Of a stretch of 64,000 nucleotides of DNA, positions 56,620 through 64,000 are shown one piece after another. This DNA is from Escherichia phage StefiGeyer_Bas88: sequence record PQ850628.1; one strand, given 5' to 3'. Each line of letters opens with the position of its first letter. Position 1 is the first letter of the stretch. Both the position numbers and the translations under genes were made by a program. Under the pieces are notes generated by a model. It was not told the DNA's origin and searched no databases. It saw only the letters and a program-made list of their open reading frames with translations.

Positions 56620-57522
56620 TTATGCAGCTTGTTGGCGTGCTGCCATGATTGCGGCAGCTTTGCGCAATACTTCTTCCTCATCTGCCGCCGCCTTCTCGTT
56701 CGCTTTGACAGTTGAAGCATTTGAGATACGACCGCGAAGGTTAGACAATTTTTCAGTCATTTCGTTGATCGCTTTCTCCATTTCATCAGCGTATGAATCC
56801 AGAGATTCAAGCTCTTTGGCTGAGGCATTGATCAGATAGTCATCGCTGATAGATACAGTTGATGCGGTTACTTTCTTAAGGAGTGAATCAAAAGTTTTCT
56901 TAACTTTGCCTACCTCTTCACTCAATGCGATAGTGTTATCAGAAGATGCACCGTTGCGCTCATCAGCCAGTAAGGCCGCTTCAATACGGATTGCAGCCAA
57001 ACGATCAGTTAAGGCGTAAATATCCTGGCTGAAGTTTTCGCCAACTTTCTGGTTGATTTGGTTGGCAACTGGCACGTTGTCGTTGCAGCCTTTATAGAAA
57101 GCTGGATTATCGACCTGTACATCTTCACCTTTAGCAAAGCGTTCGAAGGAGTTAGACCAGCGGGCACGGTTTTGCTCCATTTTGGTTTTAACCTGTTCCG
57201 GTTTAGCATCTTCTTTCGCTTTCGCTTCACCTTCCAGATTAATCCATTTCTTTTTACCGTTCGCCCCGTCGCTGTTGTACTTGATAGGAGTGAGGAAAGA
57301 GATTGCAACCGCAATCACATCTAAATCACGGTAACGCTCAGTCAGTAAGAAATCTACCGCCCCCTGCAATACATCCAGCTTCTTACCGTTAGCACGGAAG
57401 TGCTGCAAATGACCTAACAGGAAGTTAGAAACATCTTGCTTAATCGCTGCGTTGTTGCTACGGATATTGTTAGCCAGTGCGTTAAAGCCAGATTCGTTAA
57501 CCAGATTGAAAGATTTAGCCAT
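56620..57522 (-). CDS. first gene of the leftward early block, function unknown
   Basis: 300-aa helical protein downstream of the tandem sigma70-like promoters. Confidence 0.4.
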   Translation of the reverse strand: MAKSFNLVNESGFNALANNIRSNNAAIKQDVSNFLLGHLQHFRANGKKLDVLQGAVDFLLTERYRDLDVIAVAISFLTPIKYNSDGANGKKKWINLEGEAKAKEDAKPEQVKTKMEQNRARWSNSFERFAKGEDVQVDNPAFYKGCNDNVPVANQINQKVGENFSQDIYALTDRLAAIRIEAALLADERNGASSDNTIALSEEVGKVKKTFDSLLKKVTASTVSISDDYLINASAKELESLDSYADEMEKAINEMTEKLSNLRGRISNASTVKANEKAAADEEEVLRKAAAIMAARQQAA

Positions 57523-58435
57523 GATAATTTACCTTTTAATTAAAACGCTCTATGCGCCGCTCTCTATGAGCTATTCAAGTCACAATGACTTAACACTAAT
57601 CACTAACTATTAGTAACCAGTGGTAAATCAGGCGGACTTATCAGGAGTTAACCTTGCCGCCTAACTTGCCGTGATGTTTCATCTGGTATCTTTAATTAGT
57701 CGCTATAAACTAAGCCGACCTGATAGCGATGATCAATCATCACAATAAGGCAGTGTGCCCGACTCTAATTAGTTACTTTATTGTAACCGTCGGTAATATC
57801 GTTTACTTTGCTTTCGCTCCCGCCTATCCTTTTATACCAACTCTCAATCGCTAACCATCGCCCACTACGGGAGGTTATTGCGAAAGAGTCATTAGCCGCC
57901 TGATACATTGACGTTTTATATCTTTCAGCAGGTTTACTACATAAACTGATTATGTACGCCATCAATAGTGGCCTCAAATCATTCACTTCGTAAACGTTCA
58001 CACTAAACCTTATTGTTAAATAGCAATTTGCCACTTTTTAACCACTCCCCGCCGCTCTCAATTGAGCGTTAATTAGTCGGACTTGTCTACCCTGATTAAC
58101 TTCTTTCACCGTAGCGCCTTGTTAGCGATGACCGCCGCTACCCTTAACCGTGGGCGATTAGCTTAAGTCTTTGCGTGCACTCGATGAATCCGCTTATCAG
58201 TGGTGACGTTTCCAGTAAGGGATTGTAAAACTGTTTACCCTGATAATTTAGGGAGTTTTACGCCGTTTTATCTGGTATACTTTCCGATGGTTATTATCAT
58301 CAAGTATATTTAACCGATATAGGAGAATGTTTAAATTGTTAAAGAGCGGTAAATCTATCAACGTGCTTTCTCACGTTATGCAACTGTTAGCCGTTGTTAC
58401 GCTGTTCACTTAGCGGTGACTTGCTTAGTGAGTGC

Positions 58436-58468
58436 TCATTATGAATCATCTCGTTTAGCGTGTCAACC
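58436..58468 (-). promoter_or_regulatory. sigma70-like promoter P1
   Basis: - strand reads A-tract, TTGACA, 17-nt spacer, CATAAT. Confidence 0.5.
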
Positions 58469-58604
58469 ACTTTTTTAAATCTTTTTCTCGTCTATTCTTT
58501 CGAATGACCAGTTAATCACGTATTGGATTAACAAGATTGTAAGCGGTTGCGCTTAACTTTCTGATTCATATTTTTAAAGAGCGGTGTTTCTTACTGCTTA
58601 GTGA

Positions 58605-58637
58605 ACATTCTATCAGAGTGTTTCACCTTGTCAACTC
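58605..58637 (-). promoter_or_regulatory. sigma70-like promoter P2
   Basis: - strand reads A-tract, TTGACA, 16-17-nt spacer, TAGAAT. Confidence 0.45.
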
Positions 58638-58836
58638 TTTTTATCATCTTCTTTTATTCTATTCCCTTATCTCGCTTGAATCTTTGCGAAAGGGCAAGAT
58701 GATAAATTGTTAAAGAGCGTTAAGTCTATCGCCGTCTTCCTCGGCGTCATGCCTTGAGTGTTCCCACTCCTTCCAGTTTAAGCCTTTTTACATGATGCTA
58801 ATCATCTATCTGGAAGTGTTCTGTACTGCTGAGATC

Positions 58837-58868
58837 ACATCTTATCATAATGATTCGACGTGTCAACA
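58837..58868 (-). promoter_or_regulatory. sigma70-like promoter P3
   Basis: - strand reads A-tract, TTGACA, then a weaker -10 (TAAGAT). Confidence 0.35.
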
Positions 58869-58926
58869 ATCTTTTTCGATTAATGTATCTTGATAAACTA
58901 GCGACCAGTAAGGCCGCTAACCTATC

Positions 58927-59127
58927 CTAGTTCATACGTTTAAAGGTTAAATCTTTATCTGTACTTACCAGCGATAGCACCGCAATAGATTTGCCTTTAT
59001 CGGCATCTTCTATCATCTCCTTAGCTTGCTGTAGCGTACTACCGACTATTCTCATAATCATGTTAGTAACGTTAATGCTAGTGCAAGTGATTTGTGTGTC
59101 TTTGCTTGAGAAGGTATAGATGTTCAT
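58927..59127 (-). CDS. small early protein
   Basis: GAGGA RBS before ATG at 59127; TTGATA/CATAAT promoter-like pair about 59140..59166 upstream. Confidence 0.35.
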   Translation of the reverse strand: MNIYTFSSKDTQITCTSINVTNMIMRIVGSTLQQAKEMIEDADKGKSIAVLSLVSTDKDLTFKRMN

Positions 59128-59627
59128 TGATAAATCCTCATTATGGCATGGTTGGGAGTTTATCAAGATACACTAATCGAGTTTTTAAAGAGCTAGTAAA
59201 CAAAGTTTGCCTTGAGAGAATCTAGTACACTGTTAAACGCTGATTTCTTTGAAGTATCGACCTTATAGGCCGCTAAATCCACGCATGGAAGAAGAATCGA
59301 CTAGGATAATCAACTAAGTGCCTTATAGTAATGACGCTTGTTAGCACCACTCCTAAGCAAACCTTGTTTTTAAAGAGCAAGGCTAAAAGTCTAGCCTATC
59401 AGGCTTGCTACCGACTGCATAACTAAACCTGAGATTCAAATATAAATCTATCAAGCAAAGAAAGCAATACCTTTTTCTAAAATAATTTCACTTTCTTTTA
59501 GGTATAGATGAGCACGCGCACGAATAACATCAAGGGAGGAAGAAAACAAGCATTATAATCAAAAGCTAGGCATGTAGGAGGCGTTCTAACGAGATAAACA
59601 GGGGCAAGATGTGCAATCACCTTAGAA

Positions 59628-59655
59628 ATGAAAAAAGCGCCTCAAAAGGGCGCTT
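59628..59655 (-). terminator. rho-independent terminator (- strand)
   Basis: AGCGCCC-UUUUGAG-GGCGCU followed by UUUUUU. Confidence 0.5.
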
Positions 59656-59674
59656 AGAGAGTCTTACGGGTTGG

Positions 59675-60001
59675 TTACGGATTGGTGCAAGTGCCGTTAC
59701 CTGATGCTATTTCGTTCATCGACTCATCGAACAACGTCATGCTAGACCGCATCATGTGATCAATAGTAATTTGCTTGCCTGTAGTTTCATTGACTAGCAT
59801 TGCATGCTTGCCATCAACGACACGATGATCATAATCATTCAGGTCAATCAATACTACCTTGCTAGACTTTTTGCCAGTGTCGTAATTGTCCATTAGATAG
59901 GTGCATTGCAGACCATCAAGGCTAGCCTCATTGAATACGGCAGCATGTGACACGGAAGAAACAGCGAACAAGGCAGCACATACAGCTAATTTAATTTTCA
60001 T
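59675..60001 (-). CDS. secreted (periplasmic) protein
   Basis: Signal peptide MKIKLAVCAALFAVSSVSHA. Confidence 0.45.
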   Translation of the reverse strand: MKIKLAVCAALFAVSSVSHAAVFNEASLDGLQCTYLMDNYDTGKKSSKVVLIDLNDYDHRVVDGKHAMLVNETTGKQITIDHMMRSSMTLFDESMNEIASGNGTCTNP

Positions 60002-60106
60002 AATCCAACCCTTACAAGGAACGTGCAACATAAGAAATCATGTCATAGGTAAATAACATGATACAGAAAGCAATCAGGCAATGCAAGAAATATTTATGAA
60101 TCACCA

Positions 60107-60355
60107 TTAACGATCCTCGACGGTTAACAGTTCTTCCAGTGATAGACCGGATTTAACCAGCAAATCACGATATTCGTTAGCATCCATCGGATCAAGGCCG
60201 GACAACCGGGCAATAGTCATGCGTGCATGTGCTGAAGACAAGGAAGCCAAAGCACGGATAGGAATCAGTACAAGCCCATATTTACCGCTGATAACCAAAT
60301 CACCATGCTGGATGCACATATGGGAGTTTATTACGGTTGCAAATGATTCGTTCAC
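60107..60355 (-). CDS. hypothetical small protein
   Basis: 82-aa ORF; start overlaps upstream stop. Confidence 0.3.
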   Translation of the reverse strand: MNESFATVINSHMCIQHGDLVISGKYGLVLIPIRALASLSSAHARMTIARLSGLDPMDANEYRDLLVKSGLSLEELLTVEDR

Positions 60356-61221
60356 TGGATAGCCTCACAATTAGCAAAGTTAATAAAGGTTGTATAAACT
60401 GCTACACCGTCATTGTAAGCAGTGGTAGCGAGTACAGTTTCACTCACATCGCCATAGCTAACGAGATTAGTTACAAACTGTAATTTCTCTTTCTCAATCT
60501 TCTGATATAGAGAATAAGTAACCATGTCATGATCACTATCAGCACGATTTAAATTAATAACCGACTGAATGCCTGATTTCTCACCTAACGGGGTAAGAGT
60601 GACACGCACATCTTTTACGGTTACAGAGTTAAAATGCACCTTCCAGAATGAATCATTACCATCACTGCCAACGTCACGGCAGACCATATCAGGAGCATTC
60701 TTAAACGTGCTAACAAAAGATTGCAGACCAGTAGAAAGAGAGTCTTTTGCCTGAACATTGGTAGCGATAGCACTAACACCGATAGCTGCAACCAGTGCAT
60801 AACTTGCAAGGTTGACAGACTTCATAATCTTACTTGCAATAGAAGGCTTGCTATCTTTCTTCTTCTTGTTCTGAATAGCTTCAACCATAGCAGACAAGCG
60901 GGATAATACTGCGTTAACATCGCGGCAAGATTCAGGCCAATCATTCTGAGTCCAACTATCTAAATTAGCCTGAATGTAACAGTTGATAGCATCTTGCATA
61001 TCTGTAAAACCATTCTCTTTCATTGACTGCTCATCTTCACACTGTAAGGCGTTCGCAGCGGAATCTATGATAAGACAAGCCAGAATGACAGAGTTTTTAA
61101 AGCTGGTACGAGCTTGCTGATTATTCATCCATTGAGAAGGCACACCAACGGAAAGACCTAACGGAGAAAGTACATCATTTGCTTGATTCAAGTATTTAAT
61201 TGCTAACTTTGACATTTTCAT
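60352..61221 (-). CDS. membrane-associated protein with central TM helix
   Basis: 289 aa; central hydrophobic helix SVNLASYALVAAIGVSAIATNV. Confidence 0.4.
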   Translation of the reverse strand: MKMSKLAIKYLNQANDVLSPLGLSVGVPSQWMNNQQARTSFKNSVILACLIIDSAANALQCEDEQSMKENGFTDMQDAINCYIQANLDSWTQNDWPESCRDVNAVLSRLSAMVEAIQNKKKKDSKPSIASKIMKSVNLASYALVAAIGVSAIATNVQAKDSLSTGLQSFVSTFKNAPDMVCRDVGSDGNDSFWKVHFNSVTVKDVRVTLTPLGEKSGIQSVINLNRADSDHDMVTYSLYQKIEKEKLQFVTNLVSYGDVSETVLATTAYNDGVAVYTTFINFANCEAIQ

Positions 61222-61399
61222 TAATCCTTTCGGTTGATGTGAACTACAAACTACAATCGCAACTATATATTAAAGGAAAAACTTGTCAACCACTTATTTT
61301 CAAACTATTTCATAACTCACTGAATTTAAAAGGAATTTAATTTACTAAACTTTCTTACTCAGAGGTACAGCTTACTGACAGAATGTTACTTTATAACAC

Positions 61400-61510
61400 T
61401 AATAGAACGGGTAGCAGACCAACGGGATAGATAGATGGGTAAGACGTGCCGCATAGGTTAGCCAATGGGTAAGAAGCCTAACGAGGAAGGGGAAACGGGT
61501 AGGGTATAAT
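61400..61510. repeat. iteron-like array I, (A/C)(A/T)GGGTAG
   Basis: ACGGGTAG, GATGGGTAAG, AATGGGTAAG, ACGGGTAGGG within about 100 bp. Confidence 0.55.
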
Positions 61511-61559
61511 GTAAGTTAGTTACAGATGACAGACCAGACCATGCGGGAGTTAATTACCA

Positions 61560-61850
61560 GTCAAATAATTTACTCAAACAACTAAAAGAAAAAGAATAAA
61601 GACACGCTGAAAAAGAAACAGACCTAAAAGATAAAGATTAACATAATCATTAAAAGAAACTATTAACCAGTCTAATGATACATACATCAATAATCCACTC
61701 ATGAAACATTAACATAAGTTATCACTATTAAACTTGGGGGATTGTGTGAATGCTTATAGTTGCATGGTGTTACTAGTAGTTATCATAGGTTATCATTAGC
61801 CTGATCATAGTCACTATTATAGCCCCTTAACAGAGTCTAGCCTTTCATCC
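61560..61850. repeat. A-tract-rich region with TTATCA boxes
   Basis: AAAAGAAAAAG...AAAAAGAAACAG...AAAAGATAAAG runs, then GTTATCACTATT, AGTTATCATAGG, GGTTATCATTAG. Confidence 0.35.
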
Positions 61851-61869
61851 CTTCTCAATATGAGTAAGA

Positions 61870-61980
61870 GAAATACGGGTGGGAAATCACTGGTTAGATA
61901 TACATGGGTAGATAATCAATGTCTAATATTAATGGGTAGTGTATTTATGGGTAGGCATGCCACTGATAGCAGGTAGGGCA
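61870..61980. repeat. iteron-like array II
   Basis: ACGGGTGGG, CATGGGTAGA, AATGGGTAGT, TATGGGTAGG, AGGTAGGG. Confidence 0.55.
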
Positions 61981-62178
61981 AGGCTTAGAGCTTAAAGGCG
62001 ATGTGATTCTGTACAGGCGATTGCATCGGTAATAACCCTTTTTTAAATGAGGACTCCCCCTTTTACCAAAACGCGCTCGGAGGGGCTAGGTCCACTCGGT
62101 CAAATCAGAATTTTAAACCCTTATATATAACTATATGCCCCAACGTTAGTTGTGGATTTAAGAGTGAGGAACAACTTT

Positions 62179-62343
62179 ATGTGGAAGATTAAGTTACTAG
62201 TTAAGCAATTCAAATGTAGTCATGAGTATTATCCAATCCGGATATCAAGAGGTGATGAACGATTACACGCTTATTACAAGAGTACATGGAGATGTGCAGA
62301 CTGTGGTAAGGTGAGGAATAGTAAATGGGTGGATAGGCCTTAA
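62179..62343 (+). CDS. small Cys/His-containing protein
   Basis: GAGGA RBS before ATG at 62179; CSHE ... CADCGK motif. Confidence 0.35.
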   Translation: MWKIKLLVKQFKCSHEYYPIRISRGDERLHAYYKSTWRCADCGKVRNSKWVDRP

Positions 62344-62460
62344 TGGGTTTGTATGGGGTGGCCTTAATGTGACATGGCCTTTATGGAGTCCCCCTTACAT
62401 CAGCGTACATGGGTTCATACATGGGTGGGCCTTTAGATGAATACGCCTTTATGGGTTAGC
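62320..62460. repeat. iteron-like array III, GGCCTT(T)A(A)TGGG units
   Basis: At least seven (A/T)ATGGGT(G/T/A) copies spaced 10-30 bp, several preceded by GGCCTT. Confidence 0.55.
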
Positions 62461-62488
62461 CACTCTCGTTTATCAGAGGAGATATAAA

Positions 62489-62755
62489 ATGATTCTAGAC
62501 TTTTTATCAGAGTTACTTCCTTTCTTCCGCACTGAGACATGTGCATTCAAAGTTGAAGAAGATGGGGACTTTGAAGTAATAACTTGTTTGGGTAGATTAG
62601 TAGACCTAGATGACGATGAAGATTTTGATGCTACGATGGACATTAGTTCATTGGGCTGGTTGTACATGAGATGCTTTGTGAGTTACAAGGCTGAGACGTT
62701 TAAAGATTATCGTTATAGTGATAACGTAAATACTGAAGGAGAGAATGATGAATAA
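62489..62755 (+). CDS. small acidic protein
   Basis: GAGGAG RBS; Asp/Glu-rich 88 aa. Confidence 0.4.
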   Translation: MILDFLSELLPFFRTETCAFKVEEDGDFEVITCLGRLVDLDDDEDFDATMDISSLGWLYMRCFVSYKAETFKDYRYSDNVNTEGENDE

Positions 62756-63401
62756 TATGACAGGAACTACTACACTGAATGCAATCTATGAGAACATGGG
62801 ATGTAAAGGCGAGGTTGTTTACAATGGTAATCTCCGTCCTTTATCAGAGGACATTCTCTATCTGAATCGTGTTCATGAAACTACTGGAGGTAAATCCCAA
62901 GTTGAGATGGTAAAACAACTGGCTCATGGTTCTGTGTATGGTTATGCTCCTTCAACCCGTGAATTGTGGGAAGGTTTGATTCCTAGTACAGAAGCGAAAG
63001 ATGTGAAAGATTATTTCACTGTAGCAAAAGAAGTTAAACGCAAGTGTCCATCCAATCTAGAAGTTGTTCCGTATGTAGCTGACAAACATGCACACCTACC
63101 GGATTATGCCCGTGAGATGATTGAGATGATAGAAGAAGCCGAGTATGAAGCTCTGAATAATTATTTAAATTCAAAAGATCAATGGTCACGTAATGTAGTA
63201 ATTGATGAAGAAGGTAATGAAGTAGTTACGTGGGTACATGCTAGTGAACAAGCTCTGGACCCCGAGCTTGAAGAATACAAAAAATTTTTGGCGTCCTCTT
63301 CTTTTGATGTAGAGAATGACAAATCTGTTCCAGTGACTTGGGAAGGTGAAACTGTAGCTCTCCAGACTTTGTTCAACCTGCACGTAGGTAATGTAGATTA
63401 A
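62745..63401 (+). CDS. hypothetical protein
   Basis: 218-aa ORF with RBS; followed by a terminator. Confidence 0.4.
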   Translation: MMNNMTGTTTLNAIYENMGCKGEVVYNGNLRPLSEDILYLNRVHETTGGKSQVEMVKQLAHGSVYGYAPSTRELWEGLIPSTEAKDVKDYFTVAKEVKRKCPSNLEVVPYVADKHAHLPDYAREMIEMIEEAEYEALNNYLNSKDQWSRNVVIDEEGNEVVTWVHASEQALDPELEEYKKFLASSSFDVENDKSVPVTWEGETVALQTLFNLHVGNVD

Positions 63402-63410
63402 TAAAAGGTG

Positions 63411-63438
63411 TTGCCTCCTCTAGTGGGAGGCTTTTTGT
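63411..63438 (+). terminator. rho-independent terminator (+ strand)
   Basis: GCCTCC-TCTAGTG-GGAGGC followed by TTTTTGTT. Confidence 0.5.
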
Positions 63439-63466
63439 TATAACGATAATGTAGAAGGAGTATAAG

Positions 63467-63934
63467 ATGTTTGGAGAAAAAGGAGAACTCACGCCTGCAC
63501 AGGTAGCTGAGGTTACAGGAAGATTACCCGGTGTAACTGATGAATTGGAAAACCGTGGTATGGAGCCAAGCACAGGGAAGTTCCAAAAGGGAAATAAGTT
63601 CGGACGACCCAAAGGTAGTAGAGGTAAGTTGACACAGCTCATGTTGGACCGAGTTGCTGCAAGTCATCTGTCCCCTGATGAAGTGTTGATTCAAATTTAT
63701 GAAGATCCAAATATTCCACCTGATCTTAGATTCAAGGCTGCAAGTAAAGTTGCAGATCTGGTATATCCGAAGGCAGCTTCTGTTGAGATTAAGATTGAGG
63801 AAGAGAATGTAATTAATGAAGATTCACTGAACGCACAAATCAAGGACTTCTTGGCTGGAGCATTAGGTGCAGATGTGCTACCTCCAGAGGACTCTGAGGA
63901 CGCTGAAAAGGAGGAGGAAGCGGACGAGAGTTAA
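63467..63934 (+). CDS. possible small terminase subunit-like protein (GRPKG motif), acidic C-terminus
   Basis: KFQKGNKFGRPKGSRGK resembles a basic motif I recall in small packaging proteins; AAGGAG RBS. Confidence 0.3.
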   Translation: MFGEKGELTPAQVAEVTGRLPGVTDELENRGMEPSTGKFQKGNKFGRPKGSRGKLTQLMLDRVAASHLSPDEVLIQIYEDPNIPPDLRFKAASKVADLVYPKAASVEIKIEEENVINEDSLNAQIKDFLAGALGADVLPPEDSEDAEKEEEADES

Positions 63935-64000
63935 TAGGAATAAAGGGGAGGGTTCTTTTCGCGAGGGATCTCTCCCTTTTCTATTTTAATTGGAGGAAAC

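Noticed and set aside
58330-59400. TTAAAGAGC repeats considered as a CRISPR array
   Set aside because: Repeat copies are short (9-16 nt), irregularly spaced (130-330 bp), and the intervening sequence contains promoters and small ORFs; not CRISPR-like.
1-64000. Lysogeny or mobile-element functions (integrase, transposase, repressor, attachment site)
   Set aside because: No tyrosine/serine recombinase or transposase motifs found in any ORF; gene content is that of a virulent phage.

Overview
This window reads as a dense, almost fully coding stretch of a virulent tailed dsDNA phage; no integrase, repressor or other lysogeny module was seen. My guess from gene content is a phiEco32-like podovirus with its own sigma factor, but that is a judgement, not a database result. 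Layout: 1-16.8 kb on the + strand carries late genes (5'-truncated tail fibre with a self-cleaving chaperone domain, a GH24 endolysin, tail/fibre proteins, a virion lytic transglycosylase, Q/N-rich internal virion proteins and a 1472-aa internal virion protein). 16.9-57.5 kb on the - strand is one long leftward gene array with replication genes (primase-helicase, a split family-A DNA polymerase, FEN-like exonuclease, HNH endonuclease, SSB-like protein), nucleotide metabolism (ThyX-like, dCTP deaminase, dNMP kinase, thioredoxin, phosphatases, PhoH), an overlapped spanin pair, tRNA-Arg(UCU) and many tandemly duplicated small-gene families. The most interesting part is an apparent operon at 38.1-47.5 kb with two GCS2-like amidoligases, a class-II glutamine amidotransferase, a RimK-like ATP-grasp ligase and a GGCT-like cyclotransferase, which I read as a candidate gamma-glutamyl/peptide conjugation system of unknown target. 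Other notable candidates are a Tad2-like (DUF2829) anti-defence protein, a Dps-like ferritin, a ProQ/FinO-like RNA chaperone and a CCA-adding-type nucleotidyltransferase. 57.5-62.2 kb is a control region with tandem sigma70-like promoters facing the early genes, several repeat families, and three arrays of an ATGGGTAG-like iteron next to A-tracts and TTATCA boxes (candidate origin or packaging site). 62.2-64 kb starts a new + strand gene set. All calls come from reading the translations and the DNA by eye; no searches were run.
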